From Cyanobacteria bacterium J06626_4 (lineage in GTDB: Bacteria > Cyanobacteriota > Cyanobacteriia > Phormidesmidales > Phormidesmidaceae): DNA of 15,509 nt. The notes under the pieces were generated by a model. It was not told where the DNA came from. It did no database searches and worked only from the letters and a program-made list of their open reading frames with translations. This document shows, one piece after another, positions 1-7,718 of this stretch. Within the stretch, counting starts at the first letter, position 1. Each line of letters starts with the position of its first letter. The translations under genes and the position numbers were made by a program. The DNA is taken from contig JBCBJQ010000126.1 in the NCBI GenBank assembly GCA_038523235.1, positions 1-15,509 of the forward strand, given 5' to 3'.

Positions 1-45
1 TTTCCACCTATTTACCCGTATCGAGATCTTCGGTGGAAACTTTCC

Positions 46-64
46 CTCTAATAAGTAGTCAGCC
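46..64 (+). mobile_element. Candidate integron attI site (L box, 5-bp spacer, R box)
   Basis: CTCTAAT-AAGTA-GTCAGCC has the 7-5-7 layout of attI1 (CCCTAAA-ACAAA-GTTRRRY). GTCAGCCTG (58-66) matches 8/9 of the reverse complement of CAGGCTAAC (1266-1274) at the next attC, as expected at a cassette 5' boundary. The core is GTC rather than GTT. Confidence 0.55.
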
Positions 65-149
65 TGATGAGATGTGGGCAAGCAATGACAAAGTTGAAAT
101 TACGCCGAGCGTCCTTGCAGATTAAGGATCGGCGACGAAGGATGGCTGT

Positions 150-1244
150 GTGAAGGACAAGCATACGACCAAGAAGAAGGCGACGCGCAAGACGCTCCCC
201 AAGGACCTAGACGAGCTCTTGGACGCGGCGGCGGCAAGCGACGACTACGGGGCGGTCTACGAGGCGCTCCAGCGGTGCCTGCCGGATGCGCGCGGAGGCT
301 ACGGTAAGGGGACGCTGCTGATGAACGGTCGCTGCACTGTTGAGCTGGCACGCTGGGCGATCGAGCGCGGCACGGACATTCACGCCACCGACACCTGGGG
401 CTACACGGCCCTCCACGAGAGCGCCCGCTCCCGCTTCCACCATCGGCTCACGCCTGCCCAATTGATCGATCTGGGGGCTGACGTGCACCGGACCTCGAAC
501 GAAGGTCTCACCCCCCTGCACTCCGCCGTCGATGGCAAGCACCTCGACGCCGTCCAGGCGCTCCTAGCGCATGGCGCTCACGTGAACGCGCGCTCGACCA
601 ACGACCTAACACCCTTGGAATACGGATTTCTTCGGATGTCAAACGTCCACCTTGTGGCCATGGTCCCGGTGGCGAAGGCGCTCCTAAACGCTGGCGCGGC
701 AGTGACTCAGCAAGCGAAGGAAGCGGTCCTGCGCGCGAGCCAGAACTTTGAATTCCATCGAGCCGGCTTCAACAGCGACTCGGTCGAGGCAACTTCTGCC
801 GCTGCCGAGGCGCTCTGTGCTCTGTTCTCGGTGGAACCGGCAGCAAGGCGGCGCATGCATGACGGCAATTCACCCATCGTCGCTATTGCGCGGACGGACG
901 CCGAGCGCTTCGCTGAGCTCTGGGACCTCCTAGTGCCCTCGAGCGGTCCCTGCAAGACGTTACAAGGCGAGGTCGTACGGATTGCCGGTCGTGTCCGCGA
1001 CGAGTGGTATCGCAATGGCGGTGGAAACTGGGATCGAGACTACGCCTCCATGGCCAGCGCCTTCAGCAAACACGTGAGCATGCACCAGGCTCTGGACCCG
1101 GCGGACCTCGACGCCTGCGCACAGGTCGTTCGGTCGCTTCGTAGGAACCCCGACGGCAGCGACCGCCTGGTAAATTGGGCTGTGGAGTGGGTTGCCCGGA
1201 ACCCGGACCCGATCCCACTCCCGCCGCCGTCATACCAACGGTGA
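150..1244 (+). CDS. Ankyrin-repeat protein with uncharacterised C-terminal domain (integron cassette 1)
   Basis: 364-aa ORF with GTG start and GAAGGA upstream. Ankyrin motifs GYTALHES, GLTPLHSAV..LLAHGAHVN, DLTPLEYG..LLNAGA. Visibly GC-rich, no HIP1, attC 23 bp after the stop. Confidence 0.88.
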   Translation: MKDKHTTKKKATRKTLPKDLDELLDAAAASDDYGAVYEALQRCLPDARGGYGKGTLLMNGRCTVELARWAIERGTDIHATDTWGYTALHESARSRFHHRLTPAQLIDLGADVHRTSNEGLTPLHSAVDGKHLDAVQALLAHGAHVNARSTNDLTPLEYGFLRMSNVHLVAMVPVAKALLNAGAAVTQQAKEAVLRASQNFEFHRAGFNSDSVEATSAAAEALCALFSVEPAARRRMHDGNSPIVAIARTDAERFAELWDLLVPSSGPCKTLQGEVVRIAGRVRDEWYRNGGGNWDRDYASMASAFSKHVSMHQALDPADLDACAQVVRSLRRNPDGSDRLVNWAVEWVARNPDPIPLPPPSYQR

Positions 1245-1267
1245 TCAGCGAGAGAGTGTTGAACACA

Positions 1268-1357
1268 GGCTAACAAACACATGCACCGGAGCCGCCGATC
1301 CGGTCGGATTCAAGTGGAACATCAAACGGGGCGACCCGGTGATGCTGGTCGTTAGGC
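1268..1357 (+). mobile_element. Integron attC recombination site (90 bp)
   Basis: R'' GGCTAAC (1268-1274) and R' GTTAGGC (1351-1357). Inner arms CATGCACCGG (1280-1289) and CCGGTGATG (1336-1344) pair with one extra unpaired base. Lies between two co-oriented ORFs. Confidence 0.88.
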
Positions 1358-1461
1358 GGCTTAAGCACGTTTACCGAGCGTCATTGAAGAACAACCCAGC
1401 TACTGTACGCGCATGGATCAGGCGTAGAAACTTGCAACGATCGCACGTTCTAGGAGTAAAA

Positions 1462-1824
1462 GTGTTTGATCACGTAGTTTTTGGCACCAGCAACTATGAG
1501 GCCAGTAAAACGTTCTTTCTGAAAGCCTTGAAACCAATCGGCATAAAAGTCGTTTCAGAGGGAGCGCTCGGGATTGAACTGAGCTCTGATGGCAAGTCGT
1601 CACTCTGTATCCGTCGAGTCGAGGAAACACCTGCACACCTTCATCTTGCATTCGTTGCACAAAACCGCGAGCAAGTTGATGAGTTTTATCGTGAGTCTCT
1701 CGAAGCCGGAGCAAAAGACAATGGCGCGCCGGGCATACGCCCGGAATATAGTGGAACGTATTACGCCGCTTTCGTTATTGGACCAGATGGTCATAACATC
1801 GAGGTCGTGTGTCACGAAGCATAG
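1462..1824 (+). CDS. VOC family (glyoxalase/bleomycin resistance-like) protein (integron cassette 2)
   Basis: GTG at 1462 preceded by AGGAG (1452-1456). 120 aa MFDHV...HLAF...GAKDNGAPGIRPEY...YYAAFVIGPDGHNIEVVCH, a typical VOC signature. More AT-rich than its neighbours. Confidence 0.9.
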   Translation: MFDHVVFGTSNYEASKTFFLKALKPIGIKVVSEGALGIELSSDGKSSLCIRRVEETPAHLHLAFVAQNREQVDEFYRESLEAGAKDNGAPGIRPEYSGTYYAAFVIGPDGHNIEVVCHEA

Positions 1825-1846
1825 GTCTATGAGAAACCGATTCTGT

Positions 1847-1872
1847 CGCCGTCTAACACCATCACTAAACTC
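1847..1872 (+). mobile_element. Truncated attC (left arm only)
   Basis: Perfect RYYYAAC (GTCTAAC, 1851-1857). GCCGTCTAAC is 10/11 complementary, including the flanking base run, to GTTAGGCGGC at the start of this cassette (one G/A difference). An L''-like ACTAAAC follows, but no right arm or GTTRRRY appears before the S9 gene stop. Confidence 0.6.
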
Positions 1873-1892
1873 AAACCGTTGGCCGCAAGCTT

Positions 1893-3866
1893 TTAAGCCG
1901 CTTCCAGCAAAAACTGCTGCATGAACAGGATGTTGGTATAGAACTGGTAGTCGATGTTCTGCTTCTTCGAAAAGCCGTGACCCTCGTCCGTCGCCACTAA
2001 ATACCAAACCGGCACGTCCTTGTCTTTGAGAATATTGACTAGCTGCTCGGCTTCACTCAGCGGTACGCGAGGGTCGTTGGCACCGTGTACCACCAGCATC
2101 GGCTGCTGAATTTTATCTGCATTGGTCATCGGCGAGATGTCGATCAGGAACTGCCGCATTTGCGGATCGCGCTCATCGCCATATTCCGCCCGGCGCAGGT
2201 CGCGACGGTAGTCTTCGGTATTTTCTAAAAAGGTGACGAAGTTAGAGATGCCGACGACATTGATCGAGGCGCGGATGCGATCGCTATAGTTGGTCGCCAC
2301 GGCCAGAGACATGTAGCCGCCATAGCTTGACCCGTTGACGAGGACGCGATCGCTATCCAACTCCGGTTGAGTCTCGATCCAATCCAGCAGCGCCCCGATA
2401 TCTTTGACCGAATCTTCGCGCAGGTAGCCGTTGTCGAGCTTGACAAAGGTTTTGCCATAACCGGTGGAGCCGCGCACGTTAGGAAAGAGTAGGGCAATAC
2501 CTAACTCATTTAAGTAATAGTTGAGGCGACCCAAATAAGCGGGACGAAACTGCCCCTCTGGCCCACCGTGAATGTACATCGCTACCGGACGCGGCCCCGT
2601 GAACTGAGCGGGCGGGCGATAGAGAAAGCCAGTAATGGTGCGCCCGTCAAAACTCTGCCACTCGACCAGTTCCGGTTCAGAAAATGTTTCGGGGTTCAGC
2701 CCCGCCGTTTCACTCTGAGTCCACCGCTGCACCTCGCCCGTGGCGACATTGAGAGAGAAGATATCGGCGGTCGACCGGGCTGACATCAAGGTAAAGCCCA
2801 GTTCTTCGCCGTTTTTGCGCCACTCCAACCCTCGCATCATCCCGGCGGGCAGGGCAGACAGCGGTTGCTTTTGTCCTGTGGCCGTCTCCATTAAATAGAG
2901 TTTGCTCGCGCCATTTTCATTGATGATGAAGGCGAGCTGCTGGCCATTGGGAGCCAAGGCCACTGCTTCCACATTCCAGGCAATATCGTCCGTGAGGGCG
3001 GTGAGGGTCTGAGTCGGCAACTCGAAGTAGCCGAGCTGCAAAAACTCAGAGCCGCGATCGCTCACCACATACAGGCCCTGACCGTCAGGACCAAAGAGCG
3101 CCTCTAAATACGCGACGGGCTCATCGCCAGTCGGTTCAGTGAGGCGGGTGCGTTCCCCCGTCTGCGCATCAAACAGCCACAGGTAGGTCTCGTTAATGGA
3201 AATGTATTGAATGACGACAATCTGCTGGTCATCAGGCGACCAATCAGTGGGAAACCAGCCCCCGCCCTCGACTTCCGCCAGCAGGCGATCGCCCTCTGGC
3301 TGCAGCGGGTCCACAATGTACAGATCAGAATCGGCACCATTGCGACGGCTAGAGGTATACACGAGGCGATCGCCCGCCGTTGACCAGACGCCACTGCTGT
3401 TGCGCGAGGTGCCATCAGTCAGCAGGATAATATCACCCGTTTCCAGGTCATAGCGATAGATCTGATTCGCCTCGTTGCCACCGCTGTCTTTACTAAACAC
3501 AAAGTAGTCACCGTCGGTGGGCTGATAGCTAATCCTCGACACCCGTTCGTCAAAAAAGGTGAGCTGATAGCGCTGCCCCAAGGGCTGACCGACGCGGTGG
3601 GCCTGTGAACTCTCGCCAAACCGGGTAGAAATCAGCATTTCGCGACGGGTCGGATGCCAGCTTTGCAGGGCAGCAGTGCGCGATTGGGTGTAGCGATCAG
3701 CCTGCTCGACTAGGCTCAGGGGAATCGGCGGAATATTCTGAATGACGAGGTTATCGCCGGGAGACAGAATTGCAGGATCAGCAGACATCGCAGCTTGAGG
3801 AGGGGGTAGCACCAGGGTGAGAACAGCGATCGCAATCGCGAGCAGACTAAATTTGGGTTTCAGCAT
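1893..3866 (-). CDS. S9 family serine peptidase (prolyl oligopeptidase/acylaminoacyl-peptidase-like), secreted
   Basis: 657 aa with signal peptide, beta-propeller WSPD-type repeats, IHGGPE, nucleophile GSSYGG, HGANDPRV (Asp) and DEGHGF (His). Confidence 0.93.
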   Translation of the reverse strand: MLKPKFSLLAIAIAVLTLVLPPPQAAMSADPAILSPGDNLVIQNIPPIPLSLVEQADRYTQSRTAALQSWHPTRREMLISTRFGESSQAHRVGQPLGQRYQLTFFDERVSRISYQPTDGDYFVFSKDSGGNEANQIYRYDLETGDIILLTDGTSRNSSGVWSTAGDRLVYTSSRRNGADSDLYIVDPLQPEGDRLLAEVEGGGWFPTDWSPDDQQIVVIQYISINETYLWLFDAQTGERTRLTEPTGDEPVAYLEALFGPDGQGLYVVSDRGSEFLQLGYFELPTQTLTALTDDIAWNVEAVALAPNGQQLAFIINENGASKLYLMETATGQKQPLSALPAGMMRGLEWRKNGEELGFTLMSARSTADIFSLNVATGEVQRWTQSETAGLNPETFSEPELVEWQSFDGRTITGFLYRPPAQFTGPRPVAMYIHGGPEGQFRPAYLGRLNYYLNELGIALLFPNVRGSTGYGKTFVKLDNGYLREDSVKDIGALLDWIETQPELDSDRVLVNGSSYGGYMSLAVATNYSDRIRASINVVGISNFVTFLENTEDYRRDLRRAEYGDERDPQMRQFLIDISPMTNADKIQQPMLVVHGANDPRVPLSEAEQLVNILKDKDVPVWYLVATDEGHGFSKKQNIDYQFYTNILFMQQFLLEAA

Positions 3867-3905
3867 AACGCTTTTAGATGGCCGAACGAGAGCAGCATCG
3901 AGCGA

Positions 3906-4787
3906 CTAGGGACAATGGTCGGGATACAACACTTTGATCTCAACGTTATAGGCCCAGGGTTCATCTTCGCTAGGAAACGTGTATTCACCGGTGTCGATCA
4001 TCGCGATCGCCTGCTCATCCAAGACAGCATAGCCCGTCGAACCCACAACTTCAGGGCCGCGGGCAAAGGTTTGATCAGGGTTGACGACCGCCATCAGCAG
4101 CCCCGGAACGGGCGCCGTATCGAGACACTCGGCTCCGAGTTGATAGGGCACCTCTAGCGAATCAGCTTTCGAAGGCAAGGTTTGTCCGGGCGTCGCCCAA
4201 CCATCTTGGGCGGCCTGAGCTTGGATAAAATCTAATCCCTTTTGACCGTTGTACTGATAGGCTCCAATATCGCCCAACCGCTCCGCCAAGGTGGGCACCG
4301 GGTCAGGGGCACCGCCGGTCAGGCCCGTCGAGCCGGGTTCATCCGGGAATTGCTCATTCGGCACCGGGTCAGTATCAGCAGTGGATGGAGTGGGCTCAGC
4401 AGGTGTTGTTTCAGTTGGGGGGACCGTATCTTCTGGCGGGATTTCAGGAATCTCAGAAGATCGCTCTACGGGTGCCGGTGCAGAGGAGCGCCCAACACTT
4501 TCGGGTGAGTCCTCTAACGTGTCTTCAACGTCCTCATCGGCGATCGCCGTTTCATCGTCTTGGCCATTGGCCGCGATCGCCCCAGCAGGCAAAATGGTCA
4601 CATCAACTGCGGCAGACTCCTCGGACGGCGGGGACAAGACCTGAGGTTCTTCTGGGGTCTCAGACGGTAACGGCCAGCCCAACAACAGACCGTGGAGACC
4701 AATGGAGGCAGCAATCACCAACGCCAACGTCCCATATTTGGACGCCTTCGCAGTGGGAGCACGATGGGATGAACCGAGGCGTGGCAA
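3906..4787 (-). CDS. TonB-like membrane-anchored protein (N-terminal TM, Pro/Glu-rich linker, TonB C-terminal-like domain)
   Basis: TTG start with GAGGA upstream. TM segment containing S-x3-H (ASIGLHG), an acidic Pro-rich linker, and C-terminal EVVGSTGYAVLDEQAIA resembling the TonB_C motif SSG..LD..A. Confidence 0.65.
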   Translation of the reverse strand: MPRLGSSHRAPTAKASKYGTLALVIAASIGLHGLLLGWPLPSETPEEPQVLSPPSEESAAVDVTILPAGAIAANGQDDETAIADEDVEDTLEDSPESVGRSSAPAPVERSSEIPEIPPEDTVPPTETTPAEPTPSTADTDPVPNEQFPDEPGSTGLTGGAPDPVPTLAERLGDIGAYQYNGQKGLDFIQAQAAQDGWATPGQTLPSKADSLEVPYQLGAECLDTAPVPGLLMAVVNPDQTFARGPEVVGSTGYAVLDEQAIAMIDTGEYTFPSEDEPWAYNVEIKVLYPDHCP

Positions 4788-5209
4788 ACCGGTTCCTCAA
4801 ACCTCCGTCGAACAAGTCTGATGGGGGTAATTCCTCAATGCTTTTCCCCGCCAGTAATCAATTCTCTTCCTAACCATAGCGAGCCGAGCCCGGCAGTGAC
4901 CGCCTTTATGACAGTTTTCACAGTGACTGCCGATACAATTTTTGTGATCGCACCATTGCTAAACCTGAGCTTGAGCGGGTTATGGCCCCAGCCATCGGTT
5001 ACAGGCGATCGCGGAATCGGCGATCGCCTCCTCACGCCATCCATCCCCGCTTTTGTCGGGGGGATGGCGGACGGTGCGGGCGATCGTGCCTCGTTAGTGT
5101 CACCACCATCGTTGTCATTAAATTAACAGTTAGAACGTTAAGGCTTTTTAACCTGAACAGCCTCTAGACTGGCAATGGCAAGCGTGAACCTTTGCAGGGG
5201 AAGGACAGC

Positions 5210-7081
5210 ATGAGACGGCAGGAAGATCTGCTCTTACTGATCTCAGGAATTTTGTTGACGCTGGTAACCCTATTAGTCGTGACGCTCGAATCACAGTTTG
5301 CGAACCAGTCGCCGACCGCTAACAGCATGACTGCAGCGGGTCTGCTAACCGATCCGTTTTTACAGCTTCCGACAGAAGATGCCGTTCACGTCGTGTGGTT
5401 TACCGAGTTTGAGGGGCAGCAGCACACCGTTATCTATGGTCGTCGGCCAGCGGCGTCTCTCGAACCGGGGAATCTACGCCAGGTCTTTGCCACCACCAAA
5501 CAGCTCACCCGCCTACAAGAAGATCAGGCTTCTCGCTTGCCGACCGGCACTGCGTTTGAAACGCCGACCTTTCGCAGCGTTTGGCGTCACGACGCCGAAG
5601 TCACCGGGCTCGTACCAGGGCAGCGGTTCCCCTATCAAGTCAAAAGCTTAAGAGCCGACGGCACCATTTTCGCCAGTGATGTATTTTCTTTAGCCGCAGC
5701 GCCGCCTGCGGGTCAGTCCCTCAAAATATTGCTGACCTCTGATCATCAATCCAAGCCGATGACAGCGGCCAATCTGCAAAAGGTGAAAGAAACCGTGGGC
5801 GAGGTTGATGCGGTTTTGGTAGCCGGTGATTTGGTCAATGTGCCCGATCGCGCCTCTGAGTGGTTTGACAATGCTGAAGGGGCGGCCTTTTTTCCCGCTT
5901 TGCAGGGGCGCGGCCACTATTCCCTCATTGCCAATGGGCGCACCACTCGCTATCAGGGCGGGGCGCTGATTCAAACAGCGCCGCTGTTTCCGGCGGCGGG
6001 CAACCATGAGGTGATGGGGCGATTTATCCCTGAGGTGCCGCTCAACGAGCAGTTCAACGACCCGGTGCCGCGCGGGGCTGCCGCTGCGTTATATGAAACC
6101 CAGGCAGACCTGTTTAACCCACAGAACGATCTGGAGGTGCGCCGCCGGTGGATTCTCGATCATTCCTACAACCTCGACACCTATCAAGAGCTGTTTACCC
6201 TGCCAACCGGCCCACCTGTCGAGGGCGATCGCGCCGATGCCACCCTGCCTTACTACGCCACCACCTTGGGGGATATTCGGTTAGTTTCCCTATTTGTGAC
6301 AAACATTTGGCGACGCCCCATGGTTGAGCCCGACGTGCGAGGCCGCTTCCAAGAACGACTGTCCGATCTGGGACAGCCCGCCGCCTGGGGCCACGGCCAG
6401 CATATTTTTGAACCGATTAGCCAGGGTAGCCCGCAATATCAGTGGCTGCAACAAGAACTGGCCAGTGATGCCTTTCAGCAGGCGAAATACACCCTGGTGA
6501 TGCTGCATCATCCGCCCCACAGCGTAGGCGACAACATCGTGCCGCCGTTTACCGATCCGGTGCCGATCTACGATCGCGCCGCTGACGGCAGCCTCCGCGC
6601 CATTCGCTACGAATATCCCATCCAAAACGACTACATTATTCGCGACCTGGTGCCGCTGTTAGAAACCGCTGGTGTTGATTTAGTCCTCTACGGCCATTCT
6701 CATTTGTGGAACCGGTTTATCGGGCCCACCGGCATGCACTTTTTAGAAACATCCAACGTGGGCAATTCCTACGGTGCGTTTTGGCAGCAAAAGAACCGCC
6801 AGACTCCCCCAGCAGAAGCCAGTGAAACCTTTGACAAGTATCAGTCGCGTTACTACGTGGCTCAAGGCGACCCGAACGGACTGGAGCCAGTCATGCCCAC
6901 CATCGCCCCAATCACAGATGACCAGGGCACACCGCTGCCCTACTTGGCCAGTAACGACATTACTGCCTTTAGCATTCTAGAAACAGGCAGCGGCACGGTC
7001 ACCAGCTATTATTTCGACACGCGCCAGCCCCTGTCTGAGGTCGTTAAGTTCGATGAGTTCACGCTCGCAGGCTCAGGCTGA
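5210..7081 (+). CDS. Calcineurin-like metallophosphoesterase (purple acid phosphatase-like), membrane-anchored or secreted
   Basis: Motifs SDHQ, AGDLV, GNHE, HHPP, GHSH and an N-terminal hydrophobic segment. ATG at 5210 follows AAGGA; the ORF track starts at TTG 5192. Confidence 0.88.
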   Translation: MRRQEDLLLLISGILLTLVTLLVVTLESQFANQSPTANSMTAAGLLTDPFLQLPTEDAVHVVWFTEFEGQQHTVIYGRRPAASLEPGNLRQVFATTKQLTRLQEDQASRLPTGTAFETPTFRSVWRHDAEVTGLVPGQRFPYQVKSLRADGTIFASDVFSLAAAPPAGQSLKILLTSDHQSKPMTAANLQKVKETVGEVDAVLVAGDLVNVPDRASEWFDNAEGAAFFPALQGRGHYSLIANGRTTRYQGGALIQTAPLFPAAGNHEVMGRFIPEVPLNEQFNDPVPRGAAAALYETQADLFNPQNDLEVRRRWILDHSYNLDTYQELFTLPTGPPVEGDRADATLPYYATTLGDIRLVSLFVTNIWRRPMVEPDVRGRFQERLSDLGQPAAWGHGQHIFEPISQGSPQYQWLQQELASDAFQQAKYTLVMLHHPPHSVGDNIVPPFTDPVPIYDRAADGSLRAIRYEYPIQNDYIIRDLVPLLETAGVDLVLYGHSHLWNRFIGPTGMHFLETSNVGNSYGAFWQQKNRQTPPAEASETFDKYQSRYYVAQGDPNGLEPVMPTIAPITDDQGTPLPYLASNDITAFSILETGSGTVTSYYFDTRQPLSEVVKFDEFTLAGSG

Positions 7082-7294
7082 TATAGCCAGCCACAGTTTG
7101 ATTAGGTCACCATAGATGGCTGAAATCATCATCCGATCTGCTTTTAATTCCGTAGGGCTCGCCCTTCCCGCAGGACACTCTGCATTCCGAATTCTGCTAC
7201 GGGAGCGTGTTATGGCGATCAGAAAACCTCAGGCCCCTGAAATCCGATAGAGGACACCAAGTCTTGCTAACTTAACGTCAATTCGGGTTAGAAT

Positions 7295-7661
7295 ATTCCC
7301 CTCCTGGGCTAATCCTGTAGGGGTTTCCCAGAAAGCTCATGTCATATGGCTTCCAGCTGGTTGGGGAACCGATGGCGATACGCTGAAGGAGGAGCTCTGC
7401 CATCGCGATATGCCGGGGGCTCAAGTTCGGTCGATCACCGGTCGAGTAGGCTTCCAGCCTGCCACCCCCATCAGTCGGAGAGAAAATGACACCTGAACGG
7501 CGCGGCTCAGCCGCTTCGGACGGCCAGGATGGCCATCAAACAAGAACCCTGAAAACCCCGACAAGATTAGCTCCTGGGAGGGGCTGAGGGGTGGGTAGAT
7601 CGCCCGTTAGCGCGGCTGACGGCACCCACCTCGCCTTTGGCAACCCGCCCGAGAAGGGATT
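7295..7661. repeat. REP-like palindromic doublet (interrupted by the inner MITE)
   Basis: Removing the inner element restores ATTCCCCTCCTGGGAGGGGCTGAGGGGTGGGT. A degenerate inverted partner ACCCACCTCGCC...CCCGCCCGAGAAGGGATT lies at ~7624-7661. Confidence 0.55.
7309..7570. mobile_element. Second MITE nested inside the first, TSD CTCCTGGG
   Basis: TIRs CTAATCCTGTAGGGGTTTCC vs reverse complement CTAATCTTGTCGGGGTTTTC (17/20). CTCCTGGG at 7301-7308 and 7571-7578. An equally valid parse is 1-bp longer TIRs with a 6-bp TSD. Confidence 0.8.
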
Positions 7662-7718
7662 CGAAGCTCAATCGGCGGGTAAAAGCGTACTTAATTCTTA
7701 TCCCGAACTCAGGTTAAC

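Larger units (their letters stand above)
7275..7714. mobile_element. MITE with IS982-like ends (outer element), 7-bp TSD TAACTTA
   Basis: Left end ACGTCAATTCGGG vs right end reverse complement ACCTGAGTTCGGG (10/13). TAACTTA directly flanks both ends (7268-7274 and 7715-7721). No transposase ORF. The IS982 assignment is from recalled end similarity only. Confidence 0.75.

Noticed and set aside
1192..1461. N-terminal extension of the 210-aa ORF 1192-1824
   Set aside because: It overlaps the ankyrin gene and reads through the attC. The VOC domain begins at GTG 1462, which has a good SD sequence.
5117..5154. Possible Pho box (TTAA repeats, TTTAACCT) upstream of the phosphoesterase
   Set aside because: Only one good half-site, and the others do not follow the 11-bp period of SphR boxes.
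4821..5167. Three overlapping short ORFs in the divergent intergenic region
   Set aside because: Mutually overlapping with no family signature; more likely promoter or leader DNA.
7082..7718. CRISPR array or tRNA in the long intergenic region
   Set aside because: No regularly spaced direct repeats or cloverleaf. The structure is explained by nested MITEs and REP-like hairpins.
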